Made by a program: the position numbers and the translations under genes. The notes under the pieces were generated by a model. It saw only the letters and a program-made list of their open reading frames with translations. It was not told the origin of the DNA and searched no databases. Positions 50,302 to 63,163 of a DNA stretch of 64,000 bases are shown here, one piece after another. This DNA is from Macrostomum lignano (taxonomy: Eukaryota): NCBI GenBank assembly GCA_002269645.1, contig NIVC01001046.1:124001-188000 (forward strand), read 5' to 3'. Each line of letters starts with the position of its first letter. Position 1 is the stretch's first letter.

Positions 50302-52017
50302 TTAAGCATAATCGTCGCTATACCGCGAAGCGTTGTCATCTTCGGACAAGTCCGACAAGCGGGTCGCATTGCCGCGCAGCTTGCGCAAATCCGTGGCGGT
50401 CTCGTTCAGGCAGACCCGCTGGATATTGGTGCCGCACTCTTCGTACTCGGTCAGTAGGGCGTGCAGCTTCGGCCCGAATCGGCGCTGAGCCTCCTGCAGC
50501 CAGCGTCGGTGAAGCAGCGGCAGGTGGCGCGGCTTCTCTTCGAGTAGCTCTTCAAGCTGGCGCTGGCCTCGAGTCTCTGTGGCCAGCATTGCTCGCTCGT
50601 TGTCCATGTGCAACTGCTGGATGTTGGCAAAGTACGGGACAGCTCGTACAGTTAAGGGAATTTCCGGTTAGGCAGTTAGGGGGTCTTTCCGGTGGGACAG
50701 TTGAGGGAGTTTCCCTTGAGACAAACGAGAGACATTTTGGATGAGACAGTTAAACTGAAAGAGTAGTTTCCAGTGAGATTGTCAGAGGAGTTTCCAGAGA
50801 CATTTCAGAGAATTTCCGGTGAGACATTTCAGAGAAGTTCCGGTGAGACATTTCAGAGAAGTTCCGGTGAGACATTTCAGAGAATTTGCGGTGAGACATT
50901 TCAGAGAAGTTCCGGTGAGACATTTCAGAGAAGTTCCGGTGAGACATTTCAGAGAAGTTCCGGTGAGACATTTCAGAGAAGTTCCGGTGAGACATTTCAG
51001 AGAAGTTCCGGTGAGACATTTCAGGGAATTTCTCGTGAGACATTTCGGAGGATTTCCAGTGAGACATTTCAGGGAATTTCCAGTGAGGCAGTTGGGGGAG
51101 TTTCGGGTGAGACATTTCAGGGAATTTCCAGTGAGGCAGTTGGGGGAGTTTCGGGTGAGACATTTCAGGGAATTTCCGGTGAGAAATTTCAAGGGATTTC
51201 CGGTGAGACATTTCAGGGAATTTCCGGTGAGACATTTCAGGGAATTTCCAGTGAGGCAGTTGGGGGAGTTTCGGGTGAGACATTTCAGGGAATTTCCGGT
51301 GAGAAATTTCAAGGGATTTCCGGTGAGACACTTCAGGGAATTTCCGGTGAGACATTTCAGGGAATTTCCGGTGAGACATTTCAGGGGATGTCTCGTGAGA
51401 CATTTCGGGGGATTTCCGGTGAGACATTTCAGGGAATTTCCGGTGAGACTTTTCAGGGGATTTCCGGTGAGACTTTTCAGGGGATTTCCGGTGAGACTTT
51501 TCAGGGGATTTCCGGTGAGACATTTCAGGGAATTGCTGGTGAGGCAGTTGGGGTTTTCGGTGAGCAATTTCAAGGAATTTCCGGTGAGAAGTTTGGGACT
51601 TTCAGAGAATTCGACTTCCATGCAGTAATAAAACTTCAAATCGCCGACATAAAAGCTGACATCTAGCAAGAGCAATATCTCGTGCCTATCAGGCGGGAAC
51701 TACAATCATGCGATAAGCAGCAAGCTGCGGCTCACATCCTGCTGTGTTCCTACGCCTTGCAGCACGCGGTCGGCCCTCTCAAACAGCCGGTCGTAGCTGT
51801 CCCATTCGTCGAACATAGTATAGGCGAAATACTCTGGATAAGACAGTATGAAAAGCGCCAGAACGAAGAAGGTGCCGTACAACGCAAAGAACAGCAGATA
51901 AGGACTGTGCCAGATCTTCAGGGTGACAGTTTCTTCAATGTAATTCTGCACAAATTCCGTACTTAATAGTATCTGCTGGGCTACAGATTCCATTTTGCAT
52001 TCGCGCTTGTAGCACAT
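50302..52017 (-). CDS. Orphan gene, putative single-pass membrane protein with a helical C-terminal region
   Basis: Simplest model: exon 51993 (or 52017)-51736 with TM segment YLLFFALYGTFFVLALFILSY and donor GAT|GTGAGC, spliced in phase 0 to 50616-50302 (QLHMDNERAMLATE...NETATDLRKLRGNAT...). The exon structure is tentative. Confidence 0.45.
50800..51600. repeat. 24-bp minisatellite (CCGGTGAGACATTTCAGGGAATTT and variants)
   Basis: Seen directly. Confidence 0.95.
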
Positions 52018-52599
52018 GCTTGAGTTGGCAGTACTCCAGCAGGAACAGGTAGCAGAGATGACAGCTCGATAACAGCCAGCAGACTTAGATTTGCTTTATT
52101 TTATACATAAAAGATTGAATTTTGGGTATAGCGAGTTATCAATTCGAGTCGGTAAGTTCAATTTCCAGATGCTGTTCGACATCTCTTCTGTTGTCTATGG
52201 CTAAAACCACTCGTATTTCGCCGGCTTTTTTCACCGCCAATTTCTCTGCTCAAGTTGAACGATAAACAAAACAGTTTCTCTTGAAGTTGAGTAAGGCCAC
52301 AGATACTAAAATAACTACGGTAGATGGGTTACTCAGGTATATGTACATATGTAACAGCTTTCTACTTTCAGTTCAGTAGCAATGAAGAATACATAAGCTA
52401 TTTTATAAAAAAAGGCAGTTGAAACTACTGTGATAGGTTTAGAAGCCCAAGCTTGCATGCGTAAACAACTTGCTAATTGGTTCAGCAGTAATGTACATTA
52501 GCCAGTCCACTGTACACAGTGTCGAAAGGCTCAGTTGGAGCGTTTGGGCTGGGGGTTATTTTTTTATTAGAGGCAGGGGGTTGTGTGCACATTGGCGCA

Positions 52600-52912
52600 C
52601 TTTAAGCGACATAGGCACACAACCGGCGAGAGGCATTACTGCCCATTCCCCCCGACTCCCCTGAGCAGGCATACAAGCGCGCCGATACGTACGCAGTCAC
52701 ACACACAGGAGTGTACAGCGGCCCTAACTTTATATTATCGTTAGGCATGTACACTTCACTGCGCCTTGGGGGGTTGGCTCTCAAGGCCGTTAATTGCACG
52801 AGCAGAGCCAAGCCGAGATTCCAATTCAGCCCCAAATTAATGTGACTGCACTTGGATTCGAGCCTGGGTCGCTGGCACACCAGAGCCTGCGCTACCGCTG
52901 GGCTTACGGCTG
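52600..52912 (-). mobile_element. tRNA-headed SINE (family B)
   Basis: The minus strand starts CCAGCCGTAAGCCCAGCGGTAGCGC...GGCTCGAATCC (A/B-box-like) followed by a non-tRNA body. 3' boundary approximate. Confidence 0.55.
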
Positions 52913-53712
52913 GAGGTTAGGAGCCAATAAATAAGCCTTGGCTTTAAAAATACATTAAAATGCTTCTGTTCAACTTACTACTAAGCTGAAAGTAGTTTAC
53001 ATGCAAATGTGCTGAGTGGCCCATCTAGTTATTGTAGTATATGTGAGTAAGACTAACCTTACAGGGCCTGTACATACATAATTCTAACAGGCGAACCTGC
53101 CTCTGTAACATGTACATGGAATCCTTTGCTTATTCTGTAATGGGAACTTCTGACATCTTATAGACTTTGTTTTTATTCCCACAGCATGGTGAGAAATTAG
53201 TGACAGACAAGCAAACGCGGGAATAGATCAGAAATTTGATTCACATGGAGCGAAGGCTCGCACAAGAACAGCCGCACAGTTTGAAGCATGCTGTTTGTAT
53301 TAGAAAAGATTTTGTAACTAACGATACTCATAGCGGATAAGGAAATGCATTCAGCAAACCCTACTTGAAATTACCTTAATAATTGAACAAACTAATTGAG
53401 TTAAAATAACACCGGAACATAGATTAGGCTAACCAACGTTACTACTAGCAGCGAGGGACAGCAGTAGCTAATGATGCATTCGAGTTTTTGCAATGGCTGG
53501 ACTTGCACAATTTTGGAAACTTAAAAAACCAACTGCCATACCGAACAGAGCGACGCAAAAGTTTGTTAAGGAAAGCTACACTAATATGTATATACGAGTA
53601 TATAGTAGAGTAAAACTTACTTCTATCGTACAGAGTAGTTAGTCCAAGCTTACTGCTGCCAACACAATTGAGGCTTAGTAGGGGATAGAGACAGACACGA
53701 AGATAGGCAATA

Positions 53713-53769
<57 letters not shown>

Positions 53770-53895
53770 GGCAGGCAGACAGACAGACAGACAGAAGACA
53801 GACAGACAGACAGGCAGGCAGACAGACAGACAGGCAGGCAGGCAGAAGACAGGCAGACAGGCAGACAGACAGGCAGACAGACAGGCAGGTAGACA
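53713..53895. repeat. (GACA)n microsatellite at the start of the PRPF19 3' UTR
   Basis: Seen directly. Confidence 0.95.
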
Positions 53896-53900
53896 GAGGC

Positions 53901-56900
53901 TCAGTCAGAGCCGCAGCCGAACACTTTGAGGCTGCGGTCAAGCGAGCAGCTGACAATGGACCGGGCGTTGGTGCCGAAGCGCAGTCCAGTGACGGCGGCG
54001 GTGTGGTTGTCCAGCATGCAGAGCTCGTTGAACTGCTTGGTGTGGTACAGCCGGATGTCGCCGCCGCCAGCGGCCAGGTAAGTGCCGGAGTGATCGAAGG
54101 CCAGGGCCCTGGCGTGAGAGCTGGCCGGGCCGGAAGGCTGGCCGGATTCGGAGCCGCCCAGCTGCAGCACCTTGAAGTTCTTGAGCTTGCGCAGATCCCA
54201 CAGCCGGACTGTGGAGTCCTCGGCGGCCGTGGCCAGGTAATAGCCGTTCTCAGAGAAGGCAAGCGCCGTCAACGGGGCGGTGTGCTGCTCAAAGTTCGTT
54301 AAGAACTTTTGCTCGCGAAGGTCCCACATTTTAACCTTGAAATTGGAATTCGTATAAGATAATTGTATTATTCATAACCGTGGGGTCTGATCAAGCCGAG
54401 TGGAGACAGATTAGAGATGGGAGGGGAATGCAGACACAGATTAGAGATGGGAGGGGAATGCAGAATCAGATTAGAGATGGGAGGGGAATGCAGACACAGA
54501 TTAGAGATGGGAGGGGAATGCAGACTCAGATTAGAGATTGGAGGGGAATGCAGACACAGATTAGAGATGGAGGGGAATGCAGAATCAGATTAGAGATGGG
54601 AGGGGAATGCAGACACAGATTAGAGATGGGAGGGGAATGCAGAATCAGATTAGAGATGGGAGGGGAATGCAGAATCAGATTAGAGATGGGAGGGGAATGC
54701 AGACACAGATTAGAGATGGGAGGAGAATGCAGACTCAGATTAGAGATTGGAGGGGAATGCAGACACAGATTAGAGATGGGAGGGGAATGCAGAATCAGAT
54801 TAGAGATGGGAGGGGAATGCAGACACAGATTAGAGATGGGAGGGGAATGCAGACACAGATTAGAGATGGGAGGGGAATGCAGACACAGATTAGAGATAGA
54901 AGGGGAATGCAGACACAGATTAGAGATTGGAGGGGAATGCAGACACAGATTAGAGATTGGAGGGGAATGCAGACACAGATTAGAGATGGGAGGGGAATGC
55001 AGACACAGATTAGAGATGGGAGGGGAATGCAGACACAGATTAGAGATAGAAGGGGAATGCAGACACAGATTAGAGATTGGAGGGGAATGCAGACACAGAT
55101 TAGAGATGGGAGGGGAATGCAGACACAGATTAGAAATTGGAGGGGAATGCAGACACAGAGCGGAGGGGAGGGGAATGCAGACACAGAGCGGAGGGGAGGG
55201 GAATGCAGACACAGATTAGAGATTGGAGGGGAATGCAGACACACAGAGCGGAGGGGAGGGGAACGCAGACACACAGAGCGGAGGGGAGGGGAATGCAGAC
55301 ACATGGAGCGGAGGGGAGGGGAATGCAGACACACAGAGCGGAGGGGAGGGGAATGCAGACACACAGAGCGGAGGGGATGGGAACGCAGACACACAGAGCG
55401 GAGGGGAGGGGATTGCAGGCCAACAACACTAGCGGATTAGTGCCTGCAACGCCCCTAATGGAATGGAACAATCAGATCCAATAAGACGCACCTGCGCATC
55501 CTGGGTGCCGGTGGCGGCAATCATGCCGTCCGGATGCAGCTGGGCGCAGGTGTGCGGCTGCTGTCCGGCCGGATCGGCCACTCGGACCAGCAGGCGGCCG
55601 GCGCGGATGTCGGCAAATGCCCAGGTGCCGTCGCGCGAGCCGGACAGCAGGAAGTCGCCAGTCGGATGAACGGAGAGGGCGGTGACGGCGTCCTCGTGGG
55701 CGCGCAGCTGGAATTAAGCGGGGAAATTGAAGGTAAAAAATGCACACGCGAGACAAGTGATTAATGCATGTGGATTTGGCATAGAGGCAATGATGATTGG
55801 GAGAAAATAGCAGCTGACAGCTCAGCCGCAGCTATTGCGCGGCGCATCTGAAGGCTTCATACGGCTGTTCAGTCCAAGGACTGGGGAGGGGGGGTCGCCA
55901 CGCACACCTTCAATTACCTCAGCTAATGCTGGCACCCATTTTACAGCTGGGTGAACCGAAGCAATGCAGAGTTAAAATGTCTCGCTCAAGGACACAAATT
56001 GTTCCAGTGAGATCAGGAATCGAACCCCCGACCTTCAAGTCGTGAGCCCGACGCTCTAACCGCTAGGCTACAACCCCTCCCAAACCAAAAACCAAAAAGA
56101 AATCATCATACAAACCTGGGTGCGCACCGCCGCAGTGCGCGGATCCCACACTAGCACTAGAGAGTCCTGACCGCCGGTGAACACTAGATCCTCCTCGTAG
56201 GGGTGATAGGCCACCGAGGTGACCTTCTTAGTGTGTCCGTGCAGCACGCAGACCAGCTGTTGCGCATCTGTGTTGAACACCGCGGCAGTTTTATCGTTGC
56301 CGCCGGTGACAACCCGGGCTGGATTGGCCAGGAAGGCGTCCAGACAGAGGATCCCCGGATTAGAGGCCGAGTGCAGGCCGATGTGGCTGGCCAGCTGCCT
56401 GTAGGCCGACACCAACTCCACTGAGCACAGGCCTTCGGGCGCCGATTTGCCTCGCTGCTTGCGCTGCGCAGTGAGCTCCTTGGCCTTCTGCTCCAGTCGG
56501 CCCGTGACAGCGTCTGACATGCCGGATGGTTCCTCTAGTGCGGCCGCTGCGGCAACCGCGGCCGTGGCCTGCTGGGCATCGCCGGCAGCGTGCTCCGGCG
56601 TCGGCGGCGGGTGCTGCGGTGTGGCTGCGGCCGAGCCCATCGGCTGTTGGGTCGTCTGCGGCTTCAACGTGGCGAGCGCCTCGCGAGCGGCCGTGACCTC
56701 CTTGGTGAGGCGGGCGATAACGCGACAGGCGGCGTCGTGCTGAGTTGTGCGAGCGCGTGTGGGAGAGGGGTGTGAGATAGTGAGGAATAAAGTGGACTGT
56801 ATGCTCGTATATCCGAAATATCCCTAAATCCAAATTTTAGAGTTAATATGTTTCATTTTTATTTCAAATCTAATTCTGCATTCCAGAATTTATGATCGTC

Positions 56901-58012
56901 TTGTTAATAATCCAGATTTCAGGCGCCAGATCCCAGATCCCAGATCTCAGATCCCAGATCCCAGATCTCAGATCCCAGATTTCAGATTTCAGATCTCAGA
57001 TCCCAGATCCTCAGATCCCAGATCCCAGATCTCAGATCCCAGATCTCAGATCCCAGATCCCAGATCTCAGATCCCAGATCTCAGATCCCAGATCTCAGAT
57101 CCCAGATCTCAGATCCCAGATCTCAGATCCCAGATCCCAGATCTCAGATCCCAGATCTCAGATCCCAGATCTCAGATCCCAGATCTCAGATCCCAGATCT
57201 CAGATCCCAGATCTCAGATCCCAGATCTCAGATCCCAGATCTCAGATCCCAGATCTCAGATCCCAGATCTCAGATCCCAGATCTCAGATCCCAGATCTCA
57301 GATCCCAGATCTCAGATCCCAGATCTCAGATCCCAGATCTCAGATCCCAGATCTCAGATCCCAGATCTCAGATCCCAGATCTCAGATCCCAGATCTCAGA
57401 TCCCAGATCTCAGATCCCAGATCTCAGATCCCAGATCTCAGATCCCAGATCTCAGATCCCAGATCTCAGATCCCAGATCTCAGATCCCAGATCTCAGATC
57501 CCAGATCTCAGATCCCAGATCTCAGATCCCAGATCTCAGATCCCAGATCTCAGATCCCAGATCTCAGATCCCAGATCTCAGATCCCAGATCTCAGATCCC
57601 AGATCTCAGATCCCAGATCTCAGATCCCAGATCTCAGATCCCAGACCCCAGCTCTCAGTTCCTAAATAAAGATTTATGAAATCACCTGGTACATAGTCTG
57701 GGACAGCTCCTGTCTGGCTGTCTGCAGTTGCTGCCGCAGAGTGAAGGAATGCAGCATAACGGCATCCCACTCGTCCTGCAGGGCTTTGAGAATAGCCGGA
57801 ATGCTGGTGGCGCTGGGCGGTCGCGGCTTGGCAGACGGCGGAACTTTAATGTCAACTAGCTGTTCAACAGTTAGCGGCTCGCCATTCATGGGGTCGGTGC
57901 CGTTCTCTTGAATGTACTTTTCAATTAGGCGGCGTTCGAACACATGGCCGGACACCTGAGAGACGCAGGGGCTTTCGGGCACCTCCTGGCATATGCTGCA
58001 GGTTAGGGACAT
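53901..58012 (-). CDS. PRPF19: Pre-mRNA processing factor 19 (U-box, coiled coil, WD40), ~533 aa
   Basis: Exons 58012-57686, 56739-56116, 55707-55492 and 54335-53901, all phase 0 GT-AG. U-box [34 protein letters not shown] and WD repeats. Confidence 0.97.
54400..55410. repeat. 30-bp intronic minisatellite (GATTAGAGATGGGAGGGGAATGCAGACACA)n grading into a related unit
   Basis: Seen directly in PRPF19 intron 3. Confidence 0.96.
55814..56077 (-). mobile_element. tRNA-derived SINE (family A, copy 2) in PRPF19 intron 2
   Basis: Reverse complement of 25574-25850. Confidence 0.85.
56925..57645. repeat. 14-bp intronic minisatellite (CAGATCTCAGATCC)n
   Basis: Seen directly in PRPF19 intron 1. Confidence 0.97.
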
Positions 58013-58084
58013 TTGCTGTCAGTGGCATGCAAGAGGAAGAAGTTTTTATCTTAGGCATAAAATATTGTGTACCCATGATATGCC

Positions 58085-58355
58085 TGAGCATCTGAGGTGG
58101 CCCAGCCTGAGCATCTGAGGTGGCCCAGCCTGAGCATCTGAGGTGATGACCCAAATGGAGGATGTGAGAGAGTGGCCCAGGCTGAGGATCTGAGAGGATG
58201 ACCCAACTGGAGGATGTGAGAGGGTGGCCCAGCCTGAGCATCTGAGGTGGCGCTGTCTGAGCATGAGGTGATGACCCAAATGGAGGATGTGAGAGAGTGG
58301 CCCAGGCTAGGATCTGAGAGGATGACCCAACTGGAGGATGTGAGAGGGTGGCCCA
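58085..58355. repeat. Degenerate tandem repeat (GGCCCAGCCTGAGCATCTGAGG) between PRPF19 and NEK9
   Basis: Seen directly. Confidence 0.8.
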
Positions 58356-59200
58356 ACCAAACCAATCGATGCAAGGGCAGCTCTGCTTGAAACTTCATTT
58401 CACCGAGACTATAATCCAGGCCTTTTCAGAATCAATAAAATGCTGTGAAGCGAGTCTGACTGACTGACTGGGCTACCTGAACCAGATGCAAGAGCGTCAG
58501 AGTAGAAAGCTGAGGAACATGAGAACACGATACAGTGAATTGGAAAGAGTGGGTGGCTGATGCCGGCCAAAAAATAAGGGGATAGAAAGTCTGACAGGGA
58601 ATAGGCTCTCAAACAAGCGCTTTGGGTAGGACGAAATAGAAGGGAGGAGAATAGATGTAGGCAACAGAATGGAAGCTTGACGTGGGAGCGATCGTAGCGG
58701 ACAGAGGCACACCAGGTGTACAGAGGAGGGTGGGTGAAAATCTTTAGATCTAGCATGTAGGCGCTGTTGGGGTGGTAGTGAGCATAGAAAAAATGGAGAG
58801 AGGGCGGGTGGAGGGCGAGAAGGAACGCAGCACTGGGTGTGCACTAAAGCTTGCTGGTCGCTGAACACCCACCCTGGGCTGGACCCCCGCTAATGGAACG
58901 CGCTCTCAAATTTGCACACCTATAGAAAAGACTGCTAATACAATCTCGTGTTGGCTCTGCGGTTTTTTCTCGCACACTCTCCTCTATCTTATTATTTTAC
59001 AACAATCTCTGGGTAGCCTGCAGACTAGCCAGACATTTAATTATCTTTTTAAAAAAACTTTGCAGCCATATGCTTGCATACCAATGCCTTAAAGATTGAG
59101 CTGTGCTCGAGTAAAACAAGCGCTAAGTAGCCGGCTCGTTGCGTCTCGTAAAAAGTAGATACAAATAGCGGTTTAAACCGGCTAAACTCGACTGGTAGAA

Positions 59201-62095
59201 ATGGAAGACAGCAGCGCCATGGACTTGTCGTTGCCAAGCGGAAGCGATTCGATGCAAAACGTCAGCAGCAATCAGGAGTCATCCTACATACCAATTAACT
59301 GTTTAGGCAAAGGCGCTTTTGGCGAGGCATGGCTCTATAGGTAATTTTTTACTCCCTTTGAATGTGTAAAAGCTTTATATAGCTATGGATTTAAGCACCA
59401 TAACCAAACCAAGACTTTCACCAACACAGAAAAACGGAAGAGAACGAAGAGCAGCTAGTGGTTTGGAAGATGATCAACCTGACCGGACTAGACGAGAGGC
59501 GAAGACGAGAAGCGCAAAATGAAATCGACGTATTGCACATGCTCGACCATCCGAACATAGTAGCTTATTACAATCATTTCTTTGACGGCAACATACTACT
59601 AATAGAGATGGAATACGCCAATGGAGGATCGCTTTATCAGTTTATTGGCCAGTGCAACTCGCTGCTCAAAGAGGAAACTATAATTTGGTACTTCTTCCAG
59701 ATGACAATGGCAATTCGGCACATTCACGAAGCCAGTATACTGCACAGGGATATTAAAACATTAAATATCTTCCTGACCAAGGCGGGCTTGATCAAACTGG
59801 GCGATTTCGGCATTGCCAAGGTACTGGGCAGCGATGAGATGGCAGAGACGTGCCAGGGCACGCCGTACTACATGTCGCCTGAACTAGTACAAGGCAAGCG
59901 GTACAACTACAAAAGCGATATTTGGGCGCTCGGCTGTGTGCTATTTGAACTTCTGACTCTAAAGCGCGCATTCGATGCCACTAATCAACTGAAGTTAGCG
60001 CAGAACATTGTGCACACTGAGATTAGCCTATCCCTGGTGGATGAAAGCTATTCGGTCCAGCTGAAGGCGCTGCTCGGTGCTACACTGAGCAAAGAGCCGG
60101 AGGCGCGACCGTCGGCTAGCGAGATTCTAATAAATAAACTTTTTTCGGACGGCGAACGGATGCAGTCGCGTGTGCGCGAACTTCAACAGCAGAGCCGGCT
60201 GGCGAGGCCATCCAGCGCTGGTACCGACACAACGCCAGTAGTTACGTCCAAGACAACTGAAGTATTCTATTGGGGCGGCGGTAAGCAGACTCCAATAAAG
60301 ATCGAACAGTTTGAGCGACAGAACAGCGCACTCCAGGTGGCTACGGGTAGTCACCACATGGCGGTAGTCACAATAGAGCGCGAGGTGTTCACTTGGTGTA
60401 ACGTGCAGGGCTGCGCTAAACTTTGTGGCCAACTAGGCCATGGTGATCTGGCCTCCTATCGGACACCAAAAAAAGTGGAAAAGCTAAACGGAGTGCCAAT
60501 CGAAGAGGCTCGCTGCGGTGACGAATTCACAGTGCTGCGCACCGTTGAAGGCCAACTGTACGCATGCGGATCCAACTATCACGGCTGTCTCGGCGTGCCG
60601 CGCGAACAGCTAGAAGAGGAGACGGGCGACTCAGATCAGGCCCTAGAGCCTGTGCCCGTCCCTTTCTTTCTCAACCTGGAGGTGAAACGAGTAGCCTGCG
60701 GCGATGCCCATGTGCTGGCGGTGACGCGCCAATCGGAGGTGTTCGCCTGGGGCTGCGGCGAGTTCGGCCGGCTGGGGCTGAACGGCGAGGACAACTACGA
60801 CACGCCGCAGCCGGTCAGCCTGCCAGTGAAACGGCAGCTTATAGTCGGCGCTTGCTGCGGCTCGGACGGCAGCTTTTTACTAACTGATGGAGGCCGAGTG
60901 CTCGCCTGCGGCAGCAATGAGCACAACAAACTCGGCTTTAATAGCGTCGCCAAGGGACTAACAGCAGCTAATTCTACCTGCAGTTTTGACACTCCATGCG
61001 TTCACACGTTCAAGGTGGTGAAACCGCTGACAAAATATCGCGTGCGCCAGTTAAGCTGCGGTCGATCGCACACAGCGGCTATCGACGATTGCAACCAGTT
61101 GCTCATGTTCGGCTCCAATCGGATGGGCGAACTTGGCCTAGGAGAGATGCGGCACAGAAACGGCGTATTTAATATTGGCCGAGCTTGCGGTGGTAAGCGC
61201 TTCCTACGAGTGGCCTGCGGTGACGGGTTCACTGTTGCCTGCACAACGGACAATCACATCTATAGCTGGGGCAGGGCAGACAACGGCCGACTAGGCATTG
61301 AACTACAGGCAGCGAGCCTGCTCAATATGAACAAAGCCTCGGCCTCAGCGTGCGTCTCAACGCCGAGACCAATGTTCGGCTCGCTGCACCTGGTGGCCGA
61401 TATCTCCAGCCGGCACTGGCACAGCCTCATGATTGCAGAGCGGGTGAGTTTGACGAGTTTGACGTTGGACAATAAGATTTACAAGTCTGTGAGAGTGCAG
61501 GCTGAGGGATCAGTACCTGAAAACCCATAGCCCACTCCCTGCAAACAAACAAGCTAACCGATCCCCACACAACTCAAATCAGGTTCTGGAGCAGCGCACA
61601 GTCAGACGAGGCGGCGGTCGAACACAAGCCGGCGTGTCGGCATCATCGGCGGCGAGAAGCGCCGGCTCGACCCTGGATGACTTGTCCTCGCTGCCAGCCG
61701 ATGACGAGCAGCAGCAAGTATCGTCGGCAAGCCTAGGCGTCACAGATAGCGTCGACGGTGGGAACAGTGGCGCCAGCAGCGCTAACAGAGGCGCCGGCCT
61801 GGATGGAACAGACACCTGCCCTAGCTGGCTGGCAGCCGAGCTGCAGCAGGCGGAGTTCATACCAATGGATAACGAAGGTGGAGGAGGATTAGGAGTAGCA
61901 GCGGCGGCAGCATCAGACGGTGGCCTTGACGAACAAACACCAGAGCTAACTCCGCGCTGCAATTGCAACTGCCACTGTCACAGCCTAATTGGCCTAAAGG
62001 ATCAGGAGATTGCCAGACTACAAGCGGAAGTAGCAAGACTGATGGCGCAGCTTAGCAAAGGAGACGAAAAAGACAATGGTGGATCAATGGATTGA
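59201..62095 (+). CDS. NEK9: NIMA-related kinase with RCC1 repeats and a coiled-coil tail, ~888 aa
   Basis: Exons 59201-59340, 59430-61443 and 61583-62095. Motifs: [37 protein letters not shown]1 repeats (GQLGHG, GRLG) and the NEK9-type [17 protein letters not shown]. Confidence 0.95.
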
Positions 62096-63163
62096 GACAA
62101 TTCTTCTGACACAGTAAAAACACATCACAAATTGATTAGCCTCTAAAACTAGTCTTGAATGTTAAATTACTGTTTTAGGGCCTTTCCTCACTAAACTACA
62201 AAGAACTGAAAGTGTTAACATATACTAGCTTTAAAAATGTCTTGGCTTATGTATAAATAAAGCATATGTACCTTATATAACAAAAACCTGTCTGGGATTG
62301 TTTGTTTATAGAAAAATTTTCACTTGATTAACCTAAAAACACATTAAATTTCATTGATAGATTATAGAAATTTGCAAGTTAATAACCATTTAATCATAAG
62401 CTTTTGTAGTTCTTAAGAAAAAGTTAAAACCAAAGGTCAAAACATTTGTGTATAAAAATGTATATTTTTTATATTGAATAACATTTTAAAAATCAAATAT
62501 TAATCATTTAGTCCAATGCACCAATATTTTAACTGATTAATTCATAATGCATATGAGCAACTCCACAAGAAGTGGACACCTTCAAAGAAATGGAAATCTC
62601 CAGATTACATCTAAACTAATAAAGATATTTAAAAATGGCTATTTTATACTATTTTATAAGAAATATCTATACATAAAAAGCCGATTTATGATTCTAGATT
62701 GATTGATTGCTAATTGCCAAATAAGGGTCTTATAGCATTATATGTACATTAGTTAAAATTAGCACAAAATTAAGGCAAAAATTTTATGACTTTGACAAAC
62801 TATTATTATTCATTATTTCTAGCCTTTGTCTTTAAATGTTAGCAAAAGAACAATGAAGATCTCTCCTATTGAATTGAATGCATTGGAGATAAAGCTAAAA
62901 TATAACTGAATTTTAAAAAAATTCAATTGGTTGAAAATTGAGGAACAAATCCAGTATGACCAGGATGCTACAACCAAGATATCAGAAAAATAATATCATA
63001 GTAATCAAAGACTTAAAAATGATTATCTGCCTTTCTAAAACAATTTAATCGATTGTTTACTATAAATCTTTAAGATTTTTTATCAATAAACTTGATATAT
63101 TTATTAACATAAAAGAAAAACTATTTAACAGTAGGAATACCAAGCCATTTTTTGACCATCAAA

